Position numbers and translations under genes: made by a program. A stretch of 64,000 nt of DNA. Origin: Paraphysomonas bandaiensis (lineage: Eukaryota; Protista; Chrysophyceae). Within the stretch, counting starts at the first letter, position 1; every line of letters starts with the position of its first letter. This document shows, piece after piece, positions 23,101-37,857 of this stretch. The notes beneath the pieces are model-generated. The model saw only the letters and a program-made list of their open reading frames with translations, was not told the origin of the DNA and ran no database searches. Where the stretch lies: NCBI GenBank assembly GCA_965644295.1, contig CBFFRP010000182.1, forward strand, positions 124,001-188,000, in the 5' to 3' direction.

Positions 23101-25421
23101 ATGTCTAACATATACCTCACCGAACCTCCAACTCAAGGTAAAGTTCTCCTCCACACCAGTGGTGGTGACATCGATATCGAGTTATGGTCGAAGGAGGTGT
23201 GTATGTATGTCTATATGTATGTATGTATGGTTACTTGTATTTCTATATGTTAAATAGGCCCCTCTGGCTTGCCGGAATTTCATCCAGTTATCACTGGAGG
23301 GATACTATGATAACACCCCTGTTCATCGAGTGATTAAAGATTTCATGGTGCAAGGTACGTGTATAGCCTGCAATACAGCCACTATATGTATGTATGTAGG
23401 TAGGTAGGTAGGTATGTATGTATGTATATATATATGTGCATGTGTATATATGTGTATGTGTATATATGAAGTAATGTATATATATAGCCGGGGACCCCAC
23501 TGGGACTGGGACAGGAGGTGATTCCATATGGGGCAAACCTTTCAAAGACGAGATTCACGGGCGTATAAAGTTTAACCATCGTGGTCAAGTGGCTATGGCG
23601 AATGAGAATCGTCCAAATACGAATCGTAGTCAGTTCTTCATAACCCTTGGTCCTTGTGAATGGATCAACCGTAAGCACACTATATTCGGGAAGGTAACCG
23701 GAAACACGGTTTTTAATTTGCTGAAACTTGGAGAAGTTGAAACGGGCCCGGACGACAAACCTGTTGACCCAATAACCATTGAGTCCGTGGAGGTGCTTTG
23801 GAACCCTTTTGATGATATCGAACCTAGGTATAGATATACGTGAATGGAATGGTATGCACATTGTATGGATATTAACATATGTTCTAGAGCTAAGGTCGCG
23901 AATAAAAAGCAAGAGTCGACACGGGTCGATCCAGTTGCCGAGCGAAAGAAAAACCGCAAGGTAGGTGTATCTCAATCTGCATGAGTTTTATCCTCTCTCT
24001 CTATATATATATAATGGCTTAAAGTATGCGTGACAATATGATGCGTAGGGAGCAAAGGACAAAAAACTACTATCGTTTGGCGAGGAGGAGGAGGCTGATG
24101 ATATTTCCGGTTAGTTGTATCCCTATTAGTTTTTGCTTGTTAAAACATATTCGTATTCTACTCAGTTCCTAAAAAAAAAATGATGAGTGCACATGATATA
24201 CCACAAGATACGCTGAGTGCAGAGGTGGGATCTAGTTCATGTATATGGGTACATAAGTGATGAGTACAATCACAATAGGTGGATGAGGAGCTTCTTTCCA
24301 TTGCCCGTATGGAGGAAGAGCGTCGTAAAGAGAAGAAACACCAGCAGAAAGAATCTGACATACCAGTTGAATCCAAACAATGCATAGCAAAAACAGCTAT
24401 TCCACAGGGTAGCGCAGAAGATGAGGAAGAGGACTTCGAATTGAGGATGCTAAACAAGATTCGTCAGCAGGTTGGAAATATAATTCAAGGCGTTACAGGG
24501 ATTAACTCTTATACGTCATACAGCGCTTGAAGAGTAAGAACAAGCCCATGTCCAGCACTAGCAGTACTTTGAAGGCCACTCGACCCCCCCCCAGCGATGA
24601 TGGTAGTGACAAAGAAATAGATCTATATGAGCATGAGAAACAGAGTCGAAATGAGGGTAGAGATAAGGAAGCAGATGAAAGAAGTAAGGAGTTTAGCCGC
24701 ATTAAGCGGGAGATGCTGCAGTCTAGGAGAGCAGTTAAAGTACTGACAGGAGAGGAAGCGAAGCAGGTCAGTTGTACATTGTAGAATTGTAGCTCAATAG
24801 GATATCTACTTTGTTATGTACTCAATTCAATGTCATATCGCTTTACCTTAGTAGATACGTAATTCGTCGTTGTGATTGCAATGTAACATATTTCTTCAGC
24901 GACGTGATGACACTGCGTACCATGAGCTTGTGACACCTCTGGAACAGCGACGACAGAGGTGGATATTTCACTGATGTTTCTTTCTCTACTGAATTTATTT
25001 CACGTCGATGAACGTACAGGTATATTAAGCGAAAGAAAGATCATGGTAATAGACAAGAAGAGGTGAATTTCTACAACATTGTGTTTACGTTTGCTCATCT
25101 TGATGGCTGTAGACACTGGCCAGACTGCAAGAGTTTACGAATAAGCTGAAAAAGGTTAAGAAAGAGACACCTGCCGCCGAGAGTACTGGGAAGAATAAGA
25201 CACAGGGCATATACTCTGAAGCGTACACTGGACAGGTTCTGGACAATGAAAATGACGACGAGGCTGCTGGGAATAGTGCAGACTGGCACACAGGGAAGTT
25301 GAAGTTTAGAAAGCACATTGATGATGCCTATCGAATGGGCGGAGACGGGAGGTCTCTAGATGACTACAAAGTAGAAGATGCAGCTAAGAGGGGTAGTCAT
25401 ATGCCCAGTTTTCGTTCTTAA
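23101..25421 (+). CDS. CWC27: Spliceosome-associated cyclophilin CWC27, multi-exon
   Basis: MSNIYLTEPPTQGKVLLHTSGGDIDIELWSKE; GDPTGTGTGG; HTIFGKVTGNTVFN; LWNPFDDIEPR; C-terminal DWHTGKLKF. Confidence 0.93.
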
Positions 25422-25790
25422 ATAAGAAAATGTGATAATATGCTTACTTGATTTGAGAAGCAAGATGCCGGGGCTTAATATCTTGTATATAGCGCATAGC
25501 GCAACAATACCTTTATTGATTCTGTATTTAGAAACAGGATATATAGTATGCTTTTCATATTTCATTTACGTATACAAAATTTTCAGCCACTAAATCTTCT
25601 CCACTATTTCGCCACTGTCAAGTTATGACACAATTGGATGATTTACTAAGTTAACTGGACGTGTATTCACTCATTAATCAAGTTAAGATAAGAGAAGATT
25701 ATAATAAATATAATAAACTATATATCACGTTATCTCTACTACCACTCATTTCTAGTACGATCTTATATCGTCATGATATCACTTCTCATA

Positions 25791-28700
25791 TAGTGAATGT
25801 CTGATTATTTAGCAATAGGCGTTGAGACCTTGCATCAATTAGTGGCTAGAAGAATGCTAGTCATACTAGTTAGACCACTACCCGTAACTAATCAATACAA
25901 ACTCTTTTATCCTACTATTTAACGCTACAGAAGCTGCTTGTGCGTCGCCGCAAGCACCAAGGTGCAACCACTTCCGTTCTTAGTGTGTGTTATGAGGCTC
26001 GCCATGATCGTGTGTCCTGGGACTCACCGGCGCTATTGATCTGGGGGTCTCCCTTTGGGATGGGTCTCCATTGGTTTTGGAGGGGGCTCAGCGTTCTGAA
26101 TTAGGGTCTTGAGTGCACCTAGTTCCAGATGTGTGGGTTGAGGGTGGTGGGGATTGTTGGGAGGAGGGGTAGGGTTTGTAGTCTGTGTTACTGTGCTCCT
26201 GTGGGGCCGCGGGTGTAGATAGAGTTGTCGAAGCCGTCGGCGTTGTGGAGGTCTGGGCAGTCCAGTGCTCTGTCGGGTAGGACCTGTGAGGTGTGCACGT
26301 GTGTCTGGAGTCGGATACGCTGTGGGGGGTCGTCGTTGGACCCCTAGTAAGCGAAGGACTCTCGGGCGTTGTCTTGACTGACTGCGTTTCGGACGGGGTC
26401 TCGGGAGTAGCCTGGGCGGCCTTTTGGACATGGTGATATAGCGACAACCGCGATCCTGTAACATAAGCTTCGCTGCAGTGTAAAGCGGTTGCAGGAGATT
26501 AATAACCGCTGTTTCTAGGTTCCGTAGACTGTGTGCCGTCAGGTGGTTGTGTATGGCATCTCCGAAGACCGTTTCCAGTTGGGCTGCTGTGATGGTTCCA
26601 GTCCAGTATCTCTCGACCTGTGGGATGGAGGGATTCCAGGCTCTGCTGGAGAGTCTCCGTAGTGCAGATGTGATCCAGTTGGGTAAGGTCTGAGTTCTCT
26701 GTATTTCGTGGAGCACATTTTTATGCGATTGAAATGCAGTTTCCCTTATTTGGGTGATGGATTCATGTGTGCAGTCGAGGCACATATGTTTTAGGGAATC
26801 TAGTCGAAACCCGCAGTCAGAGCATGCGGCTTTGGTCAGGTCAAGCCCCTGTTTGGTTTTGGCCCGGTTCCTCCCTATGCAGAAAGATTTGTCCCATGTC
26901 AGTGCCGTGTTGAGTATTCTTTGGCGTAGATTTGAGCTGAGTTTGTCTTTGGATGCACTGCCATCCGCTTGAGCGAGTTTGCGCGGGAGGTGTACTCCGC
27001 TATTGGTCCAGTAGCCAGGCGCTCGATCAGGATTGTGTCCGTAGCGTTGATCTCTGGTTGAAGTGTAGTTCTCAAGTGTCCTTAGGTCGCAGAGATCCTG
27101 GAAATTAGTAAGGAGTGGGCTAGAGTAGTATGGCCGTCTTGTACTGTGCATACGCCAGTGCCATAATCCAGCAGTTAGTAAGCGTTCGATGGCACTGTCA
27201 ATCGCAATTGTACAGACAGTGTAGTTATTTTTTCCAAGGATGCGATCGACTTCATGCCAGTCTTCACCCGCAACTGCGTCAGCAATATAGATGCCCTTGT
27301 CCTCAAACGTCCACTCCGTTTCATCTGTGGTACGTCGTTCGGGATGAGACCTCACCCAGGTCACCTGTCGTTTGCAATCTCTGCTGGCCGCGATGCTTTC
27401 GAGTAGTACCCCTTTTGCACGGTGACCGAGAGCTCTGCGTCTTGTGGAGAGTGCTTCCTCAGTGCGGGTGCACACTGCCTGACAGTCTGTGTGGCTTCTT
27501 ATGTGTTCGGGAATACGTGTTGAGAGTATAAGCCCCATGGCTGTGCCTATGAGTTCATATGCGTATGAGTCCAAACCGGGCACGTCACGAAAGGGTGTAT
27601 CTAGTCGTAGTATTGTGGTTGTACCATCTTCCCAGGCATTTTCTGGGGGTAAGTAGACGACCGCTGCACCTCCTCGGTGTGTCCATCGTGTTCGCGGATT
27701 GACATGAGTGAGGCGACGCGTGGAGAGCGCACTGGCTGTGTATGATCCATCTGTGAAGATAGCCTTGAAAGTATCTGGTTGGACACTATTAAAGGCCGAG
27801 TTCTTGTTTTAGGTTGGTCAGCATGTGTTCATCCTGTGGTTCGGGGGGCTCAGGTTCCTGAAGGGTAAGGCCCAATTCCGTTCCCCATTCCCTGAGGCTG
27901 AGAACATAGTGGTGGTATTGGGGCTGTGGCTCTGTTGTCTGAGTGAGTAGAAAATGTGCTGCTTGACCTGCTTCTCCCCCGAGAGTTATTGCGCGCTGTA
28001 GAGATCCCCATTTTTGCTCCTGCGCCGAGTCTGAGAAACGTTTCATACCTAATCCGTTGTGCTTGAGTGAGAGGTAGATCAGTTCCGTGGGGTATCCAGG
28101 GCCTAGACTGAGGGCCTTTCTGTAGAGGGTTGCACAAGCAGCGTCAATTTCTCTGTACCAGTGTAGCGGCCATGAAGCTTTGGTGGCTCTATAGAGCAAA
28201 GTCGGTATGATTTGGGTCTCGATAACCATGACTTTACAGCCGGCTGAGGCCTGTTTAATCCCTAGGTGTGTGGTCACGACTTTCAGGTATTTTAGACACC
28301 AGTCATGGGAGGCCTTGTCTGTGATTGTGAGAGGAAGGTCTGCTCCGAGGTAATGTATCGACTCTAGTGATGTTTGGATAGGGACTGGGTGTGGGCGCCA
28401 TGACCAGTCGTAGAGAATGATGTAGCCAATGGGGTCGGAGGACTTGTTGGAATCCTGTAGGATCGGAAACACTGTGCAAACTACTTTGGGGATAGAGAGT
28501 TCCATTCCCGAAAGTACGCAGAACGCAGATATTTGTTGGGCAATGAGTTGGGCAGCGTGTATGGATTTAGCTATTGTGTTAAGATCATCCGCGAAGGAGA
28601 TCTTTATTTCGCCGGTAGTCGGAGTCGTGAGTTGAATAGTTGGTAACGTTGGACTCGTTGTTGACAGTTCAATGTCCAGCCACGTGAGAAGGATGTCGTA

Positions 28701-30237
28701 GAGTGCCACCCAGGCGCATGTGGATTTTGTGCCCCCTTGGGTGATACCCCTTTCGGCTTCGAAACCCAGACTGAATAGTGCAATGAAGTGGCCGTCTGCG
28801 GACAGGAGGTCAAGGAGAGACCGTGGCTCTATGTTGTTTGCCATGAATGGTGTCCAGGGAAATGTTAGACCGCCGGCATCTAAGTTGCCAAACCAGTCAA
28901 CTACATCGTCCGGAACGCCCAGTCGTGCCCACGCGATTGAGGTTAGGCGCAATTGAGTCGAAGGCCTTCTTGAAGTCCCAGAGTGTACATATATGCTGGT
29001 CGCCTTTTCGTCTTGCTTCTTCTGCAGCCGCGAGTACCCTTAGTATCGCTGTGTCCGTCCCGTTCCTCCAGCGATAACCATGCTGGGACGGATGCAAAAC
29101 TTTCTGTTCCTCCCATACGGTAAGAATTCTATGAGTGATTATCCTTGTTAATATTTTCCTACTGACTTCAAGCAGACCAATCGGTCGGAGATTAGTGAGG
29201 GAGGATTCTCCTGGTTTCTTGAGAATGGGAGACATTACCCTGTCTCTCCACCAAATGGGCACATGTGTATGTTTCCAGAGAGATCTGGTGAGGATGTAAG
29301 CCTCTCGCTGAACTACCGGTGGCCAGGATTTGACCATGTTGGAGGAGACCATTGAGGGTCCAGGCGCGCGGTTGAAGGAGAGAGAGTGAAGTGTGCAGTA
29401 GAATTCATCCTGGGTGATGTCTTTTGCAAGAGTAGATTTGAGTGTGGCTGCCATGGCCGGAGTGGTCTTGGTACAAAGGGCCCGTCGTAACCCCAGTTGC
29501 AGGGGAAGAGGGATTTTCGAGCGGGGGTGGAGTGGTTCCTGGCATGTCGCTGAGCCCGGATCAAGAAGGGATTTCCACCATGTAGGGTCATCCTGGAGCT
29601 GTTGTGCTACAGGGTCAAGTCCAGGAGGTTTGGCATGATGTTCACGGAAGTGCGCATTAATGCCTTCATGAATGTCTTGCGGTGTGTTGTGAGGATGTGT
29701 CCGTCAGTTGTTTTCACCGTGGTAAGTCGGAGTGGTGTTTTGACCTTGAGACCAATTTTCTGAAGAATTGCTTGAAGTCTTTTCTGCTGTAGCAGTGCCT
29801 CCATCTGATTGGTGCGAGCCGTGAGTCTAGTCCGCATTTCTGTCCTGGCTCTTCCATGAAGAAGTCCTCTCAGTCGCAAGGCAATTCGGAGGAGGTTTTT
29901 CTTGGTGGCTTGCTTTGCGTTCCAACCCAGGATTACTCGTGGGTCCGCGTTGCGGTGGCTGCACCAGAAGTTGATGTCTGATATGCCTTTGATGTGACCC
30001 TGAGAACTCCTGAGATAGGAGTCCCATCGGGCGAACCATGCAGTGATGATTTCGTTGGGTGGGGGTGGTTGCCGGGGGGCCGCGCCATCCATGCCGTTTG
30101 TATCCGGCAGAATTGAACATTTTTTGGATAATCCGCAAAACCATGAGCATTCCTTCCTGTATTACTCTCATTTCCGGGGAAAAGCCATTCTTGAACTTTG
30201 AGCGTGTGCGCTGACAACGTTCGTGTAGGCGTGTGCT
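25791..30237 (-). mobile_element. 5'-truncated, frameshifted non-LTR retrotransposon (RT + RNase H + Zn finger) with a 12-bp TSD
   Basis: RT motifs RAPGPS, LRPIGLLE, DFKKAFDS, GITQG and FADD; RNase H motifs AYELIG, HTDCQA, WVRSH and ADAVA; CxxC...H...C; TSD TCACTTCTCATA at 25779-25790 and 30238-30249. Confidence 0.93.
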
Positions 30238-30541
30238 TCACTTCTCATAATACAGCTCATCATTACTGTATACTTCGACTAACGGTCATAATTTCAACAC
30301 CTTAGAATTACAGCTTTTAATTGCTCAAACAGCAAAACTCAACAGCCACGCTATACCTCCTCCACATACATTTTTTGTAATTTATCCATACTGTACTAGA
30401 GGTATGGAAAGTAGATATACTTCTAATAGTATTAGCCTAATGATACCGCTGTAAGACTGACCTAGCTATTATAAAATATAAATTGAGCAACAACATCATA
30501 TTATAATTCATCATATTATTACTTATTACTTACATCACTTA

Positions 30542-31503
30542 TCATGTATTCGTGTTATCGTTAGATAATGCTACTGTACCTGACTCGAAACTACTACTAC
30601 TATTTGAATTACTTTTCTTGAACACGGGTAACTTGTTCTTCTTTGCAAGTCTAGCGCATGTCTTTCCTGATTTATGGAATTCAGTTGTAGGTACAAACAA
30701 AACCTTTTTGGTTTCATCACAACCCGGAACGAGTTCTCCAATAGAAAACACAAGGTGTCGCTGGATACTGGCTGCAACAAGTTCAGAGTTAAAATCCCCT
30801 CCTTTAATATACAACAATCCTCCGGCTGATGAAAAAGAATATTAGGTATACACAAACCGTCATCATACATACCTATTCGTCTTAAGTTGGAGTGACCTTT
30901 CTCCTTTTTACACAAATGATGAGTTTGCTGCACCAAAGTTGGAAGCGGGGCTACAGCCCGGCCAATAACGAAGTCGAACTTTTCTTTAAAATCCTCCGCC
31001 CTGTGAATACACGTTATATTAGACGCTCATTCCATAATACATAAAGCACTATCGGAGCCGTACCTGCTATGTACAATGCGCACATTCCTGAGTCCCAGTT
31101 GCAATACAATGTCCTCAAGTACAGTTGTTTTTGCTTTGAGTGATTCGATCAAAGTAAATTCAGTATTAGGGTTTAAAATAGCTAATGGGATACCAGGCAG
31201 GCCGTTACCAGCACCTGCATCTGCAATCCTCTCCTCTGGAAAGAAACTCCTCACCAAATACACAGACATGCATGGTACAATATGTTGAGGAAAGATATGC
31301 TCTATAGACTTACGAGATACCATATTGACTTTTTCATTCCATTGTTTTAAACAATGTTCATATGCAATGAGGGTATCCCATTGTGCAGCAGTTACTGCAG
31401 GAAAGTGTGATATCCAGGGTGATATGGAAGGTAATTGAGTAGTACATAACCCACGCAATAGGGTTTTGCATTTAGTTGTTGGAGTATGTAGTATTCGGTG
31501 CAT
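30542..31503 (-). CDS. rsmG: RsmG/GidB-type SSU rRNA m7G methyltransferase, probably organelle-targeted, with introns
   Basis: WNEKVNMVS, ADAGAGNGLPGIPLAI, RAEDFKEKFDFVIGRAVA, LYIKGGD; N-terminal transit-like extension. Confidence 0.88.
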
Positions 31504-31704
31504 TGATTATTGTATGGTGTAGAGGTATGTTGTCTATGGATGGTCTTACAGTTAAAGCACGTTAAGAGTATAGACGTATGTGTGTATGTCTATAGAGAGT
31601 TGTGTCCATATACGCAGGCCCACATACACAACATGTACAAAGCATACATTCTGGACGTACCTATCTACACACCTACCTAATACGTACAGAGTACGTACTA
31701 CATA

Positions 31705-31983
31705 CCATGCATACATACGTACATACATACATACATACATACATACGTACAGAGTACGTACAGCAGTACATGCATACATACATGCATACATACGTACATA
31801 CATACATACATACATACATACATACATACATACATACATACATACATACATACATACATACATACCTACTGTACATACATACATACATACCTACATACCT
31901 ACATACCTACATACCTACATACCTACATACATACATACCTACATACATACATACATACATACATACATACATACATACATACA

Positions 31984-32015
<32 letters not shown>

Positions 32016-32629
32016 GAAACACAAAGAAATACATACATACATACATACATACATACATACATACATACATACATACATACATACATACATACATACATAC
32101 ATACATACATACATACATACATACATACATACATACATACATACATACATACATACATACATACATACATACATACATACATACATACATACATACATAC
32201 ATACATACATACATACATACATACATACATACATACATACATACATACATACATACATACATACATACATACATACATACATACATACATACATACATAC
32301 ATACATACATACATACATACATACATACATACATACATACATACATACATACATACATACATACATACATACATACATACATACATACATACATACATAC
32401 ATACATACATACATACATACATACATACATACATACATACATACATACATACATACATACATACATACATACATACATACATACATACATACATACATAC
32501 ATACATACATACATACATACATACATACATACATACATACATACATACATACATACATACATACATACATACATACATACATACATACATACATACATAC
32601 ATACATACATACATACATACATACATACA

Positions 32630-32661
<32 letters not shown>

Positions 32662-32958
32662 CATACATACATACATACATACATACATACATACATACAT
32701 ACATACATACATACATACATACATACATACATACATACATACATACATACATACATACATACATACATACATACATACATACATACATACATACATACAT
32801 ACATACATACATACATACATACATACATACATACATACATACATACATACATACATACATACATACATACATACATACATACATACATACATACATACAT
32901 ACATACATACATACATACATACATACATACATACATACATACATACATACATACATAC
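31705..32958. repeat. (ATAC)n microsatellite, about 1.25 kb
   Basis: Read directly from the sequence. Confidence 0.99.
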
Positions 32959-33161
32959 AATCGTACGTAAGAGTTCTGCATCAACATCGTTGTATTCCTC
33001 CCTCTCTCCACTCTACACCGCTACACATACACAACCCTCCTACACAATCACATACACCTAAACAATCACAACTATTCAAATCCTCATTCAAACCCCCCTC
33101 TACACACATACATACATACATACAAATTACTTCAAACCATCACATATATAATCAAACAAAT

Positions 33162-33560
33162 ATGAATCTCATTCCAGGTGATACTGAATATGATGGTCCA
33201 GAAATAACTGAAGCGATGTTTCAAGAACAAATGCATGAAACTTTACATAAATTTTGGATGGATCAAATTAGAGAAATGGAAATTTTAGGGATTGGTACAG
33301 AACAAGATTTTAAAAATCATAATGATTTACCACTTGCACGTATTAAACGTATTATGAAATCAGATGAAGATGTACGTATGATCAGTGCAGAAGCGCCTGT
33401 TTTATTTGCTAAAGCATGTGAAATGTTTATATTGGAATTAACTTTACGTGCATGGGGTAATTCTGAAAAAATGAAACGACGTACTTTACAAAAGGATGAT
33501 ATTGAAGCTGCAATTAAGAACACTGATATATTTGATTTCCTTGTGGGACTTCAAGCATAA
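33162..33560 (+). CDS. NFYC: NF-YC/HAP5 histone-fold transcription factor subunit
   Basis: [43 protein letters not shown]...RRTLQKDDI...DIFDFL. Confidence 0.95.
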   Translation: MNLIPGDTEYDGPEITEAMFQEQMHETLHKFWMDQIREMEILGIGTEQDFKNHNDLPLARIKRIMKSDEDVRMISAEAPVLFAKACEMFILELTLRAWGNSEKMKRRTLQKDDIEAAIKNTDIFDFLVGLQA

Positions 33561-33859
33561 AGGGGTTTGCTATACAGCTACTTGTGACTATTTAAGTTGA
33601 GAATGAATAGTTACTCTTCGTTTGTATTGTGTGCAAAGTCGATGTCAGAAAGTTATAGCAATGATGTGTTTATCCGTTCCAAAATCATGAATGACATGTG
33701 TTTACTTGTCTAATTGGCTAATTAATTCCATTCATTTCGAAAAAGCACCGTCATAATGCAATTTGAAAAGTTTGTATTTATTTTAGTTCATAGATGCATA
33801 GCGATAGACTATTATATAGCCAATTTTTAAAACTTTTTCGGAAATAATATCAATATCAT

Positions 33860-34100
33860 TCCAGTAATTCTCAGTGCGGCAACTCCTCGCTTCGTGTAAA
33901 GATGTGTATGTGTTCGGTAATTAGTTACTGCTTCAGAACATGCGTAGCGGCTATGACTTCGTAGCTGGAACAATTTCATATAAGTTGAGGTACTCTTAAA
34001 TACTAGATATAAAAGGTTGAGGTTCGCCGTGATCGTGTGGCGGGTGTGATCAGGGGGTCTCCCCTTGAGATGAGATTCCACCGGGCTGTGTGGAGGTTTA
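33860..34100 (-). mobile_element. Short 3' fragment of a related LINE; boundaries approximate
   Basis: MESHLKGRPPDH matches the LINE C-terminus METHPKGRPPDQ; shared ggggtctccc(c/t)tt. Confidence 0.6.
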
Positions 34101-34601
34101 GTTTTAACACGTACATACCTCTTGCTAAATAATCAAACATTATATATATATGTATATTATTATCTTCTCTTAAAAATGGTCTGAACTAGAAATAACGGGA
34201 AACCTTAAGATCCTACTTACGTAAGTTTGCTTCCTTACACGTGAGCATTATGTCAAAGAATGAGCTATATTCATCGCATATTAAGGTTGCAGCTAACGTT
34301 CCACGACATTTCTGGTGACACTAGTCAATGTAACGAAAATTCTAAAGAAATGTGAATAAGATTATCATACCGATCACATATTAAACTGCAGACCAAAACA
34401 AATCAATAGAATAAAACAGCCACAACAACCTCACACTACCACACACAACATAGATACTTCACAAAACACAATTTTGAACCTGATATACTATATTTTTACT
34501 AGAAAAGCCAGTCTGAACACATGAAACCTACATAAATTTAAATTTTATATTTTTTTGACTTCTGCGTACGAAGTTAGATACAGATACCAAGGCCTGTACA
34601 G

Positions 34602-37600
34602 CTAACCTTTAAGAATTTCCTCCACTCTCTGCAGACGAATAGGCTTGGACGCTACTATGTTAACACCAGCTGCAAGCATGGCATCTCTATCCTCTGCCGA
34701 CACGTTTCCCGTTACTGCGACTATCGGTGTCGAGACACCAAGGCTTCGTATAGCTTCGGTAGTTTCTATTCCCCCCATAGTAGGCATCACTCCATCCATA
34801 AATATGATATCATATGGAGAAGCACTCGCCAGACTCTCCTGGACACTGCGCAAGGCTTCCGAACCATCCGCTGCCTGTATTCAGCATCATAAAGTTATCG
34901 GATCACTACTGGGACACATACCTGGTCAATAACAGTGTACCATGACTTCAGCATAGAAACGAGCATTTTCCTATTCATTAGCGAGTCGTCAACCACTAAT
35001 GCTTTCGGTGTATTTATCACAGCCATTTCAACATATTTCGTTTGTGGGTCAGATTCATGCTTCTGTGATAAACTAGGTGGTGTCTCAATTGATCGCCCTG
35101 AATCTGATTTCGATCCTAGCCCCCCTCTATTTTCCTTGGCACTCACTCGCGGGACACTAGAAATTTTAGTTGCTGGTACAAAAGTAACATTAGTGGAACG
35201 TAGATAACGGGGCGAATACATACATAGCAATATTTCTTCAAGTTGTTGTAAACGAAGGGGCTTGGTGGCGATTGAATTAACACCCGCATCCATCATAAGG
35301 GTGCGATCGACTGGCAACACATTACCAGTAACAGCAATTATAGGTGCCCGTACACCCAGTGCCCTTATCGCCGCAGTTGCTTCCACACCGTCCATCACCG
35401 GCATCACATTATCCATGAATATGATGTCATAGGGTTTACCGCGTTCTTGGGAGGTCTTCACGGCTTTCACACTTTCTTCTCCATTTTCAGCCTGGAAAGA
35501 CATCACTCCCATGTGTTTATACATATGATCCGCTCACCTCATCAATAGTGGGAAACCACATCTTTAAGATCGACACCAACATCTTGCGGTTCAATGGCGA
35601 GTCATCCACCACAAGAGCCCGTTTACCAGATTCTAATTTCGAATGGTCAGTTTCACTCATTTCATTATCTGATGATGCCTCGGGCTCGGACATCTGGCGC
35701 ACTACAAAGGCTTCGCGAGGTGGACTCAGATCAACAACCTCTCGTCCTCTGGGTGGAGTTGTTCTAGCCTCCAGGTCAATAGAGAACACACATCCCTTGC
35801 CTGGTACTCCTTCGGAATGAACAGCGATACTGCCGTTATGTCGCTCCACAATTGACTTCGAAACTAAAAAGTATCAGAAGCATTCTGTTAGTTATCGTGC
35901 AGACGGTGGGATATGCTACATCGGTCACACACTGATACAAATATCCATATCATAGGCATAAAAAAATAGTACTCACTGAATAGACCCAGACCAGAGCCGC
36001 CACCACCCTGAAGCTCCGCGGCGTTAAACTGAATAATCTGGGTAAAGAGTTTCCTCTGGTTCTCCTGTGAATTCAAGGACAGCGTCATCACAATTTCACA
36101 TCATATACACGACAATATGTATATGGGTGTGAAGCTATACCAGTGATATGCCGGGACCAGTGTCCCTCACTTCTATCCGGAGTCGACCGGTATTCCGTTT
36201 CTTGCTGGAAATACAAATAGCAAAGGTCGTTACACATGACGAAGAAAATAGTAGAATGCTACCTGCAGAGCTTACGGTATTGAGACGACGAAGAAGTGGA
36301 AGTGCAAGGTTGTTCAATATCAAACGACGTCGTGGTTGAAACAGAAACGTCGTCCACGGGAGGGATAAAAGTACAGCTCTGCTCCTTACTATCTGAATCC
36401 TAAAAACGAAATGAGGAGGCATTCGGCAACGCTGAAATTCTTACCAGGTAGGGTTCATAAAAAACACACACATTCACCTCCCCGCCAGATGGGGTAAACT
36501 TAATTGCATTGCTGACAAGGTTCCGCACTACTTGTGACATCTTCTTGATGTCCACATCTACAAGCAACTCTGACAGGTCACGCAGTGAACAGTCTGTGCA
36601 TCCGTTTTGCAAGGAAAACGTGAGCTGTATGCTTTTTTGCAGGGCTTGCACGTAAAAAGGCGAAACACAGGAATTCAAAAGGTCCCGTAGCTTCACCAGA
36701 CGCTGTTCAAGCACCACCTTACCCTCCTCAAGCTTATCAAATAGTAACAGGTCGTCTAATATCCCAACAGCTGTATCACTGGACTCGGCCACGGATTCAA
36801 GAATTTCTGCTACATCATCTTTGGAAAAATCTTTCAGTAGTCGTGACAAGGCTAACTCAACGCCCATAGTTACCGTGTTGAGAGGGGTGCGGATTTCATG
36901 AGATATATACCGCACAAAATCTTTCTTCTTATCTAATTGTAACTGTATGAAAATGTCAAGTGAATAACGCGTAACAAAAGCGTCACATACCCGTGTGATT
37001 AGGGATTCAAACCTGGCTATGCGTCCCGGCACAATAAAGGACACTGTGACAGTAATGACGTCTACGTAGAGTGTCAGAACCACTCCTAGGGTTGTTTCTG
37101 TAGTTGGCTGAGCGTTGTTGGCCATGAAAATCGCTGTCTTTATGACGAGACTGCAAGTCAGGAAAAATATGTAAAGCGTCGCGCATCGCCTACTGGTGGA
37201 AAGATTATTGGTCATGTCAAACACTTGACCCAGCATATTGTCCGCAATGAGGTACACATAGGAGCAGAAGAATATGGCTGCGCATACTATCATTGCTAGT
37301 ACCCAAACAATTGCTAGAAAAGAATCAGGTGCTGCAAAGAAAGGCCTCCATGCACCCATATTCACAACCACTACCAGAAACACCGTCGTTAAAAACATGC
37401 CATAAGCCCATAGCGTTGATCGACCAGTCTCTATCATAAAGCTGAGTAAAGTACCCGTATAAAGACATGCCCGTGCCTGATATGCACATATAAATAATGG
37501 AGCAATACGATATCCAAGATTTAAGGGAATATATATAGTTAAACTAGGTATAAATAGAGCTGATACAAACACCCAACGAGGTAATGTGAATTCCCATGAT

Positions 37601-37857
37601 AATTCTGTGTCCATTACAGCATCACAAATCATTGGAAAGCTTACAGCAATAGCACATACAAGTGCATCAAGAAAAAAACGTGTATGAAGTCTGTTTTCTA
37701 ATTCATTTTCATCTACAGCTAATTTATAGTTTAATATGACAGGTAAGTAACATGTAAAAGCACAGAATACAACCATAACAATGGATAGTTTCTTTAATAA
37801 TGAATTACTATAAAGATATTGTGATTTCATTGTGTTATATATGTCTACTATATCCAT
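34602..37857 (-). CDS. Membrane hybrid histidine kinase (multi-TM, HisKA, HATPase, two receiver domains), multi-exon; 3' end approximate
   Basis: RYISHEIRTPL, NLVSNAIKFT, DTGPGI, GGSGLGL; two sets of LVVDD...DIIFMD..MP...KP. Confidence 0.93.

Noticed and set aside
30542-31503. rsmG as a second recent bacterial transfer
   Set aside because: It has spliceosomal introns and a transit-like N-terminus, consistent with an old organelle-targeted gene
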